Assembly (NCBI RefSeq): GCF_030144855.1
Contig: NC_082715.1
Span: forward strand, 115,072,001 to 115,136,000
Reading direction: 5' to 3'
Origin: Hypanus sabinus
Taxonomy: Eukaryota
Length of the DNA: 64,000 nucleotides
Under the pieces are notes generated by a model. The model made no database searches, was not told the DNA's origin, and saw only the letters and a program-made list of their open reading frames with translations. This document shows, one piece after another, positions 12,441 through 24,024 of this stretch. Numbering within the stretch: the stretch's first letter is position 1; each line of letters starts with the position of its first letter. The position numbers and the translations under genes are program-made.

Positions 12441-14924
12441 GGCACAGGAAGCTCGTTAAACGACTCTGAAAGGGCTTCTGTACTGTCTGTCACAACTGAG
12501 GAGTCCTCCTGAGAGATCCCATAGCACTATTTCACGACGCCGTCCCCTCTCTGCGGTCCTGAGGTCAACATCTATCTCTAATACTGGAAATAAAAGAGAT
12601 TATGGATAATTATTAGAATGTTTGTGTTATGTTTCCATGTGTAGATCGGCTGCCACATTTCCTGCATTCGTTTAAGATAGGACTCCAATGGTGCAGCACA
12701 GAAACGGGCCATTCGGCCCGTCTTATCAGTGCTGCTTGCTTGCCAATCTGCACTCATCCCTAATCTTCTTTGTTTAGTACAGAGCCGTGGACAGCAGCTC
12801 ACCAAGTCTTCCTCCAGGTTATCACAGGGCATAACCCACCCCATCTTCTCCCTCTCCCAGGGAATGAGGTCTTCGGAGGTAACTTACAGCAGCCAGTTCA
12901 ACACCACTCTAGCTGGGATGTGGGAGGAAGCTAGAGCACTCAGCGAGAACGTGCAGACTCCACACAGACAGCACCGAAAGTCAGGGTTGATTCTGGGTCG
13001 CCAGAGCCATGAGACAGCAGTTTCATCAGCCCCACCGCTGTTTAGTTCTGGACTTTCGTTAAATCTAATCGGAAAGTTCTCTCATGACTCCCCCCTCCCG
13101 TCTGCACAACCTCACTCCCTGGAAACGGAGCGCTAGGCTGTCCCCTCTCTGTTTGAGCTGCACGCTGTTACATTTACTCTTCAGGGTGGGGATGTTCAAA
13201 GCCCATTCCTGACTGCCCTCACAGCCGGGTGATTTCTTAAAAACCCGTCATCTCATCTTTTTCTTCGTTGCCGACCCTTTGCTCACCCCCACCCCTGACT
13301 TCTTGTTCTATCTCTTCCCACAAGAGGAAACATCCCCCGGTCAAGTATTCCCTCACAACTAGGAAAGCATTCTGCCCATTGATCCGATGCTAGTTCTCTT
13401 AATTAAGCTTCCTTGGGAATTTATAACTTTCCTTTACTGGGCCTAAGAGACAGGCTGGAGCACAGCGACGGGAACTAAAGGAGGAAATGAATAAGGAGGG
13501 ACTTGGAATAAGATATAAAAGTTTTAAATTTAATATTTAGGAAGACCAAAGTTGAACTACCTGACAGCTGGTGGTTAGGAAGGTTTGTTCATTTATGCAC
13601 AAGATTCTCATTTGGAAAAGACATTAAGGCTTAGGTCAATGCAATATATGCCATAAAGATCTTATAGAAAGGAAATTATTATTAGCAAGAAGCTACAGAG
13701 AGTTCTGGACACCACTCAGCATTTCGTGAAAACCAGCCTCCTCTCCACGGACTATGTCTACAATGTTCATTGCTTCTGTAAAGCAGCCAGAATAATCAAG
13801 GACCCCTCCCAGCCCAGTTATTCACTCATCTCCCTCCCCCCCATTGGGCAGAAATAACAAAACCTGGTTACACATACCACCAGGCACTGGGACAGCTTCT
13901 ACCCCGCTGTGCTAAGACTCTCATGGGGTTAGGATGAACTCTCAGTCACTCTCTCAATCTGGTCGTTGCCCTTGCACTTTATTTGCCAGCCTGCACTGCC
14001 CTTTCCCCTTCCCCTGTGACTGCATCACTACCTCGATACACTGATTGGGGAGGACGGAATGCAAACCCTATCTCGGTAGGTTTCACTGCTGACGTTCCAC
14101 AATAATAAACCAACTTCTCGTTAGTCATTGTACTGAAGGCAGTTGTTCAGCCCAATGTGTCTACACTGTCCCAAAATGCCACCCAGTTCTCAGTCTACAA
14201 CCCATATCATCACGATTCATCTGAGGAAATTCCTAGAAAACAATTCTCCAGAAAGCAAATCTACACTGTCAAAATACGCTTTACATTTGCTTACATTTTA
14301 CCCCATGTAAATTCAGTAAGAGTGAATTTTATTCTGTATTTCAAATTATTAGGTAGTGATTTGTGAATTCCGTAAGGGCAAATTTTCATAATGAACAGCC
14401 ATACCCCACCTTACTCAGCTTTCTATTCTGAGTCATAATGCTGGTGCATCTGGTAGAGTCTGGCTCACAGCACCAGACACCTGGGTCTAATCTTTTGTTC
14501 CATCCAGGCATCCTGCCTCTTTCTCTGAAGCTTAAAGTCTCTTTTTTAGTTCTGACAAGTTATCTTTCTCTCTCCATGTATGTTGCCTTGCATAAACTAT
14601 GTATTTATCTTCAACCTCTGCTGGTTGTAGAACATTAACCCTCGTCACAGATGCTGGCTAAGATCATTTTCCAATTCCTTTTTATTACATTCATCTTTAC
14701 AGCATTGAAAGATGTTGGTGTATTTAGTATGAATATAAAACAAACCATATTTACTAGCTTTGCTTCATACAGTCTCAGACTAGCAAGATGTATAGAATGC
14801 AAAAAGCATCTACTGCTTGACTTACAACATTTCCTTGCTTTTATTTCAATTTTCTAGTACTAGCTTTGTGCTGTAAGTTTGGAACAAGTTCCCAGTCCCT
14901 TTCTAACAAATCAAGCTCATCTCC

Positions 14925-15176
14925 CTGCCGCGCGGGAAATAAAGCCTTTCCCGCGCAATGTCACCCGTGTCACGTGACGTGTTGTTCCGCGAAGTCATGT
15001 GAACGACGTCGGCAGTACGCGTCAATGTCAGATCAGACACTGCACTGTTTCACGCCCGTTGCCATTATTTACACATGGGCATTCGCCTTGCGCTGTCGGC
15101 TCTGCGCGGGTGCGCCTGCGCTGTAACGTCTCTGCCGTCATTGTGCGGCTGCGCCTGCGCGTCGATCGGGCCTGTC
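14925..15176 (+). promoter_or_regulatory. SDE2 CpG-island promoter: inverted E2F pair, GTCACGTGAC E-box, two NRF1-like sites
   Basis: GCGCGGGAAA 14930-14939 and TTTCCCGCGC 14947-14956; GTCACGTGAC 14969-14978; TGCGCCTGCGC at 15111-15121 and 15150-15160; immediately upstream of the SDE2 ATG. Confidence 0.65.
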
Positions 15177-15275
15177 ATGGAGGTGTGGGTGCGCGGTTGG
15201 GGAACCGGCCTAGTGGCTCTAACGCTGCCGCCTGGCTCTTCCAGCCGGGAGCTGAAGCTGCGCCTCAACCAACAA
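15177..15275 (+). CDS. SDE2: SDE2 exon 1 (MEVWVRGWGTGLVALTLPPGSSSRELKLRLNQQ), start of the ubiquitin-like domain
   Basis: ATG in good context (gtcATGG) within the CpG island; donor CAA|gtgagt, phase 0, matching exon 2. Confidence 0.85.
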
Positions 15276-17617
15276 GTGAGTGAGCAGCGTGGGATGGGGC
15301 CTAGGATTCGAGCTTGAGGTGTTTAGGGTGTCAGCGGCCGGGAACGAGGAGGGGCAGCGGGTGTTGGGGTGAATTTTGGTTCGGGGACAACCAGGGAGCC
15401 CCAGCAGCATCTAGCTGCACAAGGTGGTGGTTGGTTATAGGCCGTGAATCAGAGTATTAGTATGATACAGAGAATATAAAATCTTTCTTCACCGGTCGGG
15501 GTATCAGAAGCAAGAGGACACTGGCTTAGGGTGAGATGAAGGAGTTTAAAAAAATTTTGAGAAGCAAGTTTTTTCCTCAAAAACAGAGAGAGGTTATTAT
15601 CTAGAATTCGTTGCTAGAGGAGATGGTGAGATCAGGTACAATCACTATGATTAAAAGCCATTTAGGTACCTAACTGTACAAGCTGTAGACAGAAGTGCCT
15701 CACAAGTGTTTGTTTCTGCAGCAGTAGGTGCCCGAAATGGGTCATTGTGGGTAGTAGTGGAAGCAGGCAGTTTGGAGTTTGAGGCTTTTAGATGGACACC
15801 TGGAGGGATGTGACTGATGCACTGGAAGAGGGCATTTATTGTAAATTAAGATCAGTACAGCATTGTGGGCTGAGTGGTCTTTGGGACTGTACAGTTCCAT
15901 TGTGGGAAAATGAGAGTGGGTTTAGGTGGGGAAAAAGGGAGGACATGGATGTGGCCTACTTCTGTGTGGTTCTATGCCGTAATACCGAGGAAAGAAAAGT
16001 CAAGTTTGACCGATCTCTTGGAGTTTGAAGCAACAAACCACTCTGCTGGAGGAACTCAGCAGGTTGAGCAACTCCTGTGGGAGAAAATTAATTAACATTT
16101 CAGGTCGAACACCTCGCACCAAGGGCAAATCTACGTTCCTCCCATTTGGCTGCATTTGATCCTTCAAAAATCTTTCCCACACATCCATGAACCTGCTCAA
16201 AATTCTTTCAAATATTGTATTTCTGCCCACCTCCATTACTTCCTCTGGTTGCTCAGTCATACACCTACCATCTTACTGATGCCCTTCTGATATGTAAACC
16301 CCTGAAAGGTCGCCCTTCAGCCTCCTGTGCTCCTGTCAAAGCTGTTGCAGCCTGCCACTTTTTCCTCAACTGAAGACTCCAGTCCCAGCAACATCACTGT
16401 ACGTGAGGATTGACTGGTTTCCCCAGAAGGGGATTGCTGTCATGAATACACTGAGAAAGTGACGGAGGCAGGCATTCTCACAATATTTAACAAGTATTTG
16501 GCTGAGCATTTGCATCGCCAAGGGACCTGGCAGGCTGCATTTTAAATGCTAGTAAATGGGATTACTACAGTTAAGTGGAAAATGGTCAGCATAAACATAG
16601 TGGGCCGAAGGGACTATTTTGCTGGTGAATGATTGTATGACTCATTGATGTGTAAAATATTCGTGGGTAGTTTAACCTGTATACAAGGCGATTGGAGGAG
16701 TTCTCCAAATATGGGATAGGCTGTTCACGATACATTTAATCTTCAAATTCTCTGTCACAGATCATTCAAATATATCAACAGAGTTTTGAATACCAGGGAA
16801 TTAATGATGCAAGAATATGGCACTAATGTTGGGTGATGAAACAGTTTCAAAGGACTCCAGCTCCCTGCTTCTAATGTTCCGGGTTAGCAGTGAAGGGAGG
16901 AGAGCCAACCCCTGTGTTTATTGGCTCTCGGGCCGTGTGAACATGGTGTCTAGGAACAGGTCTGTGACCTGTGGGAAGGGAGAGCATCAAAGCTCTGAGA
17001 GACACAGAGACCAAAGGAGAGGTGAGCAGAGTGCTGGAGAGATTGGAGGTGTCAAAAGACTTGTTTGTAAAGAATCTTCCCTCTGACTGTCCCACAACTT
17101 TACAGCCAATGAACTATTTTAACTCCTGTGTTTCAAGCGGTTGTACAATATGTATTTATTTATGTACAGCAAGTTTCTGTAAACAGCAAAATACTCAATA
17201 GGTCAGACAGCATCTGTGGAGCAAGAAGCAGTGCTATTTCAGATTGATGCTCTCCATTTGCAAGCTCGGTGTGTTCATAGCCAGGCCTGTTACTTGTCTC
17301 AGCACGCAGTTGTGCGTATAGATGTTTCTTAAATGCTTCAGGTAGCATTAGAGGTTCAGTTTAATATCTCATCCAACCCATAGTAATGGAATAGTGGCCC
17401 ACAATTTTAATGTCCAAAATATCTGCTGTGCGATGCAATATGTCCCTTTCCTTTTATAGCAAAGGTTTTATCAATTAAAACAACTTGAGTATGCGAGCCT
17501 TATGTATACTATCTTGTGGGAAATGAATTTTCCCAGTGAAGTGTAGCCCTGACATGGGATGTCTCAAGGATATGCAGCCTAATAGTAATTGTAAGTTTTG
17601 GGTCCAAATCCTACTGC

Positions 17618-18224
17618 TGTAAACTTCTTTCGATCTACCTGATGCAAAGACACCACATACTACGGTGAATGGAACTTTAACTCTTTATTAGCAAGTTACC
17701 CAAGAGAAGCCTCCTTAAGCACTCTCTGGGAGGCTGCTCCGGAGGTCTCCCGCCTCTGAAGCAAATACAGTTCTTTTTATACCATGCAGTCACGTACACA
17801 GATACATGTGGGTTCATCCCCTTAGTTTCTGTACAGATGAGAATTGTTAACTTTATCAATCATAAATTTTTCGTGTAACAGTTTTAAATGCCACTCTGCC
17901 TGGATACAGACAGGCACAGGCTTACCATTCAAAGCCTCCTGCCCTTGAAATAGCCACTCCTTTTTATGCTTATCTTGCAGCTGCCAGAGTGAGTACAAAG
18001 CAGAGTATGTCTCTCACAGCGATTAGTCGAGCAATGGTACAAGTTACTCTAAGCAAGAACTGAAGTTAAACACAGGCCACATACCAAAGATGATGTCACC
18101 CGCTCAGCTTATCTTATAAGAAAACATTTGTGCTTCTGTGCTTTTTTTTCAAAGTCTTAGCTGCTATGAGCCTTACAAAATAGCCAGGGTCACAAGAGGC
18201 CTACGAGATGCTAACTTCTTAACA
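17618..18224 (-). mobile_element. Candidate solo LTR in SDE2 intron 1
   Basis: TGTAAA...TTAACA termini; flanking tactgc/cactgc; - strand TATAAAAA (17781-17774) then AATAAA (17689-17684), in LTR order. Confidence 0.5.
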
Positions 18225-18618
18225 CACTGCAACAGGATCTTGGAGTCCTGTGTGGGGTTTCAACCGAAACTTTGACAATTCCTTTCCTCCTATAGATCCT
18301 GTTTGACCTGCTGAATTCCTTCTGCAGATTGTTTGTTATTAACCAAGGAGTTCTCATTCAAATATTTTAACAGCATCCTCACAGTTTTACATCCTACCTG
18401 ACCCTCGATTTTTCTTTTGTTTAATCTTGTGCCCTCATTCTGTCTCCCCTCCCAGTGTCTCTGATCCATGTTCTGTGCACCCGCCCCCTCCCCTGCACCT
18501 CCCCATCCTATTGGTTTTGTGTCCTCTGCAATAAATGTGTGTATGTTATCAGCAAAGTGAAGAGTATGTATGGACTCAGCCAAATGTGATTTATTCCACC
18601 TATACTCTCTGAATATAG

Positions 18619-18736
18619 GGCTTCCCTGCTGCCGATATTTACCTAAAATGTAATGGAAAGCTGGTTACTGAAGATGGACACCTTCATGATGGAGCGGTTT
18701 ACAGTGTGGAACCGAGACTGGTCGGAGGAAAAGGAG
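18619..18736 (+). CDS. SDE2: SDE2 exon 2 (GFPAADIYLKCNGKLVTEDGHLHDGAVYSVEPRLVGGKG), UBL ending in the diGly cleavage site
   Basis: Manual translation; EPRLxGG|KGG is the hallmark of SDE2; tag| acceptor and G|gtaaa donor; 118 nt. Confidence 0.93.
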
Positions 18737-20622
18737 GTAAAATAGGAGGGTCTGCTGTTTGCATTAGTGCCACTGTTCTTGTGAGTGGTGAGGTCTTGTG
18801 ACTCCATAGAAATAATTGCATTAAAGTGATGGGGTGGGGGAGAATGCAATGATAATATCCTCTCCTGTCTAAACTTGATACTCATCCTTTGGAATTTCAT
18901 CTGATTTAATCTCTGAACTGCGCGAGTATTTGGTCTGGCTATGCCAGATATGAAGCACTAGCTGCTCTTAAGAGACTACAAGTATCTTGTGTGATATGTA
19001 AGGTCATTGTATTATTTCTTGTATAACTGCACCCAATTCTATTGCCTTATTGCTTAAAAAGAGCAATGGCAAAAACAGAGGAGGCCCTGACCACCATTTT
19101 CTAAATGCTTTTGCTGTAGATTTTGGCAGAGCACACACACTGCTGAGGGGGAGCAGTTATGTAAGAAGTGGGGGGAGCAATAGATTGAGTAAATCTCATC
19201 ATATCTTCAGCATATTGTCTTCTAGTTGCAGGACTCAAAGCCCTGAGTAAAAGTGCAATATTGAGCAGGCTGGGGTTTAATTCCTTGGAGCGTAGGGGAT
19301 TAAGTGGTGTCCTTGTAGAGGTGTATAAAATCATGAGAGGTAAAGATAGAATGAATGCAGGCAGACTTTCTGCCGGGGGAAGGGAACCCAAACCTTGAGG
19401 GAATATGTTTAAAGTGGCACAGGAAAGATTTAAAAAGGCCAGCATTTTCCCACAAAGGGTTGTGTGTGGGTGAATGGAGTGAGCTGCCAGTGGGTGTGGC
19501 TGAGGCAGGTACGATAATGACATTTGGAAAGGAAAGATTTAGAGGCACATGGGCCACACAAATGTAGGCAAATGGAACTAGTTTGGTTGGCATAGATGAG
19601 TTGGGCTGAAGGGCCTGTTTTGCTCTGGTATGACTGTTGTTCACATTGTGGGCATGAATGTCTTCTAGTTAAAGCATAAATCACCATTTAATGAACTGAT
19701 GTTGATAAAGAGCAGTTAGCCAAGGGACCGTCATAGCTTGACAATACCTTATTTTAAAGGTAATAAGGATACACATTTTGGTGAGTACACTTTAGTTTTT
19801 TTCAAGGTTTTGCATATCATATTGTAAAGACCCAATGGGTAAGACCCATTTGGGTTAAAAAAAATTGTGTCAGTGACAGAAAGCAGAGCAGTAAAGTGGA
19901 TCGACCACCAGTCAAAGAAACACTTTTATCATGGTCAGCACAGAAGGCTTGATCCTGTGCTGTCCTATGTTCTACTATGTTCCACATTACGAGTTAGACT
20001 TAGCTGTGGGAGCAATGAGAAAGGAGTTTATAGATGGTCCCAAAATTGGGTATATGGTTAATAATTAAAAGGAACGTGGACATTGTAGGATGATGTCAGT
20101 AGATAGGTAGACAAGTGGCAACTGGAGTTCAGTGTAAATGTATTTATCGGATGCAAGCAAAGCCAGAGAATACACAGGCAGAGTTCTGGAGTTCATTTGT
20201 CCCTGGTGATAATACAAAAGGTAAATGGGGTCATTAAAGTAAGAGGTGTTTCTCTTTCTAGCCATGGCAAAGAATACAAGAACAGTGAGATCATGCTGGA
20301 TTTTCTGAACCACTGGAAACATGAGAGACGGTACAGAGGGAGTTATAGGAATGTTCCCAGGAGCTGAGGAGCTTTAGTTATGAACAGAAAGACATATTCC
20401 TCACATTTCCCTTGATGTCGCAGTCAATTAACAAGTCCAGATTTAAAGTAATTGAAAGACATAATGAGGAATGTTAATGGAAATGATTTCACAAGAAGGT
20501 GGTGATCTAAAACTCTCTGCTTGAAAGCTAGGTGGAGGCAGAAATGCACATCTGGAAGAGGAGTGAAACTATTGGGTTACCAACTCAGTTCGGAAATGGG
20601 ATTGGGCTGAATAACACACAAG

Positions 20623-20783
20623 TTATGCTGGAGGAACTCAGCAGCCAGGCAGCACCTATGGAAAAGGGTAAGCAATTGACGTTTTGGGCCAAGCCCCTTC
20701 ATCAATGAAGGGTCTCAGTCCAAAACATCGACTATACTCTTTTCCATGGATGCTGCCTGGTCTGCTGAGTTCCTCCAGCATAA
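20623..20783. mobile_element. Fold-back (palindromic) element derived from Penelope-type termini; relatives at ~37580-37760 and ~51920-52050
   Basis: The arms ttatgctggaggaactcagcag and ctgctgagttcctccagcataa are reverse complements around a central ccccttcatcaatgaagggt. Confidence 0.75.
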
Positions 20784-20967
20784 TGAGTGTGTTGTTCGGA
20801 TTTCCAGCTTCTGCAGATTTTCTCTTGTTTATGAGTAGTTCTTTTTTGGCTATAATGGGCCGGCTCATCTCCAGCAGTGATGTAAATCTTTAACTGATTG
20901 AATTGCAATGTGAGTAACAGTAGGACCTTTAGCTTTTATAACATTTTCGGTCTTTGCCACTCTGCAG

Positions 20968-21079
20968 GTTTCGGGTCAATGCTTCGTGCACTCGGAGCGC
21001 AGATTGAGAAAACTACAAATCGAGAGGCATGCCGAGATTTGAGTGGAAGAAGGCTGCGGGATGTAAACCATGAAAAAGC
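20968..21079 (+). CDS. SDE2: SDE2 exon 3 ([38 protein letters not shown])
   Basis: Highly conserved Sde2 domain; cag| acceptor and |gtaag donor; 112 nt. Confidence 0.96.
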
Positions 21080-22044
21080 GTAAGGTTTTCTGTTGAGAGT
21101 TTGCTCTCATTGTTAGTCTAAGATGCAGATTAGTTCGTTGTCATTTATACGCACAGTGTGATGAATTTGCTTGCTTATATGTTCAGAGACTAAATGTTAT
21201 AAATGATAACAAATATGACAATGAATGCAAAATGACAGGGATTGTAGTACATAAAGAAATGCTGAAGTGACAATAGATTAGCTGAGAGAGAGGGAAGCCA
21301 GAGAGTGGTAGCACCACCAGGAAAGGGGTGTGAAAGAGATGATTGGTTCGGGAGTCTGCAGTGGGAAAGAAGCTGTTCTTGAATCTGGTAGCCCAGATTT
21401 CCTCTGTGACAGTTCTGCCAGACATGAAAGAGCCATCTTAGACAAGGGGAGGACTCCATTGATGATACCGTGACAGGAGGGTAAGATAAGCTTGCCATTT
21501 CCTGTCCATTCATGTGAACTGACTGGCCTTGAAGTGGCACCCTGCTGGTTGATTTTACATGCATTGACAGGAAGTTCTCACAGCTGAAGATACTTGGGTG
21601 GAGGAGAAAGCAGATAACTTAGCTTATTGCGATGACATCTTGTGTCACTGAGCAGTGAACAGCTGTTGAAAAGGTTTGGGAAGGAGTACAAGTGGAGTTC
21701 ATCTAGTGAACTGATTAACTGCTTTTTGTCAACTAATCAAGATGAATATCCATGAATTGAACTGCTGATGTACTTGCCTGGAAGTACAAAAATTCTGGAA
21801 GTAGTCTGCATTTGTAGAATAAGAAACTGATACTTCAGATGGAAGACTTTTCATCAGAATTGATTTCCAACATTTATGGTTCTTTGGGCAACACTGACTG
21901 ATATGAGTTGACTAAACTCAGTCATTGTTGTCCTCTAGTAGCACTCTTCTGAGGCAGAATCGCAAGAGATTCTGCAGATGCTGGCAATCCAGAACAACAT
22001 ACACAAAATGAAAGGTCTTGACCTGAAACATCAATAGTTTATTC

Positions 22045-22903
22045 CAGTGGTCCTCAACCACCGGGCCGCGAGGAAACGATGTGAGTCAGCTGCACCTTTC
22101 CTCATTCCCTGTCACGCCCACTGTTGAGCTTGAACGCATGCAAGGTAATCAGTCGCCTAAACGCAGTGATACCCTCTCGCCAGGGATCACTGGTTGGCCT
22201 CAGGTAACCGGCCGCCTCGCGTGGCCAGTGAGAAGTGCCATTATTACTGGCCCGGAGCGCGGACAGATGGGCGCTGCCTCTAAACCTGTTCACCACACCG
22301 AGTGTTCGTAGGGAACTCAGTGCTAAAATGTTCGCAGACGACCTAATTTGAGCTCAGGATTTTGTAAGTAGCAGAGCAGCTACCTCACTGCGATCTACTG
22401 AAAGTCATCCCTCGAGCCAAAATTTTGCTGGCCAATAGATCCTACTTACCTACAAGGGGGGGGGGGGGGGCACACGCCCTGTTGCATTCCTCGCTTGGTC
22501 AGTCGGTCGCTGTCTCCGGACTGTGACAGCCGTGGCCCCGGTATGAGGACCTCACCCCACCCACAACCAACCACATCTGGCCAAGGCGGCAGGCAGGCGG
22601 GAGGCTGTCTAATGAGGCAATGAAGCCCTCGAAACTGCTTCAGTACCTTGTGCGCAAGCACCCTGCACTTGAAGACAAGCCATTTGAGTTTTTTGAGTAA
22701 AAAAAATGTGAGCAAGCGGGACAGAAGCAAGTGGTGAGAGCCACGAAAACTAAATTGCGGAATAGTCTGGGCATAAGGAACCTCCTTCGAGTATTGCTGT
22801 ATTCCGGTCGTGATTAACACCGCCCCCCCCCCCCAAGCCGGTCCGCAAGAATGTTGTCAAAATTAAACTGGTCTGCGGTGCAAAAAAAGGTTGGTGACCT
22901 CTA
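22045..22903 (+). mobile_element. Non-autonomous hAT (Charlie-type) element
   Basis: TIRs CAGTGGTCCTCAACC / GGTTGGTGACCTCTA; perfect 8-bp TSD gtttattc (22037-22044 and 22904-22911); internal relic NEAMKPSKLLQYLVRKHPALEDKPFEFFE from 22611, similar to the Charlie/ZBED5 transposase N-terminus. Confidence 0.88.
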
Positions 22904-22964
22904 GTTTATTCCCTTCCAGAGATGCTATGTTAAATTCCTCCAGCATCTTGAGTTGAAGTCAGAA

Positions 22965-23240
22965 CCTCACACTCTGCAATTGACATATCTCAGGGTACGA
23001 GCCAGTACAACACTGTGGAATGACAGTGTTTAATAGGTCATTAAACCAATGCCTTTCTTCTGTGAAGATCCCTTGGTCACATGGACATCAGCATAAATGT
23101 TATTTAGTCATTACTGCACTGCTGTTTGTAGGAGCTTGCTGCATGGTAATTAGTTTCATGTTTGCTGTGGTGAAGAAATAAATGAGTTAACACTTCAGGT
23201 TGCTATGAATTGCTCTTGGTTATCCAAGTAATGAGAAACA
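22965..23240 (+). mobile_element. Deu-SINE-like relic; related pieces at ~860-1090 (-) and ~61955-62180
   Basis: Deu-domain-like cactgctgtttgtaggagcttgctgcatggtaattag, with upstream taaacc...gtgaagatccc. Confidence 0.45.
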
Positions 23241-23618
23241 TAGGCTTTTCTCCGAAGTTTACAGTGTTTATTGCTCGTTGTTAAGCAGCTTTGCTACATT
23301 ACTGTCTACCTGACTGAGGAAAAAGCAGAAGAGGAGAGTGAGACAGGAAATCTGCTATAACTCTGTTGAAGTGATAGTTGATAACTTGAAGTTGACAGTT
23401 GATAAGTTGATAATTGTGTACAGCTTGTCCTTGGGTTATGAAAGCTGCTCACAGATATGGTAGATATGAACGCATTCACATAATATTGTTAAATTCAAAA
23501 GTCCAACCAAGTTGAGTGATACTTGTGTATATTTTCAACTTATGGGCAAAAGGAACTTGACCATCTATAAAGATGGAAGCTGAACAGCCTGTTATTGACT
23601 GCTTCTGCTTCTGTGCAG

Positions 23619-23788
23619 AATGGCTGAATGGATAAAGAAGCAGGCAGAGCGGGAGACAGAGAAAGAGCAGAGGCGACTGGAACGATTGCAGCGCAGGCTC
23701 GCTGAGCCCAAGCACTACTTCACTGACCCACAGTATGAGCAGCAGCTGGACGAAATGTCGGAGCGACTGGAGGACTCTGTGCTTAAAG
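23619..23788 (+). CDS. SDE2: SDE2 exon 4 ([56 protein letters not shown]), coiled coil
   Basis: Lies within ORF 23620..23937; cag| acceptor and G|gtatag donor; 170 nt; phases fit. Confidence 0.95.
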
Positions 23789-23915
23789 GTATAGTTACCT
23801 TTGCCTACTCTTGCTCTGGAATATTTCTGTTTGCAAATTGGCTGCACTATTTTCCATGTCTTGGACTGGCACTGGCATTGTGTGAGGTATCTTTAAATTT
23901 TGTATTTCTCTTGAG

Positions 23916-24024
23916 GTTTACAAGCATCGTCAAGTGATGTGGTGGCAGTGGAGAGTGGAAGTCAAAAACGTGCACATCCAGACGTGCACAAGGTGGCCAC
24001 AGAAGGGAAGAAAAGATGTCTCTG
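23916..24024 (+). CDS. SDE2: SDE2 exon 5 ([37 protein letters not shown])
   Basis: Resembles vertebrate SDE2 GMQA...KRCFW; 109 nt with phase 1/2 fitting the neighbours; acceptor is ttgAG and donor TG|gtaagg. Confidence 0.85.

Noticed and set aside
23886-23893. U12-type donor-like GTATCTTT in SDE2 intron 4
   Set aside because: It lies only ~30 nt from the acceptor and does not match the exon 4 boundary; no U12 branch point was seen.
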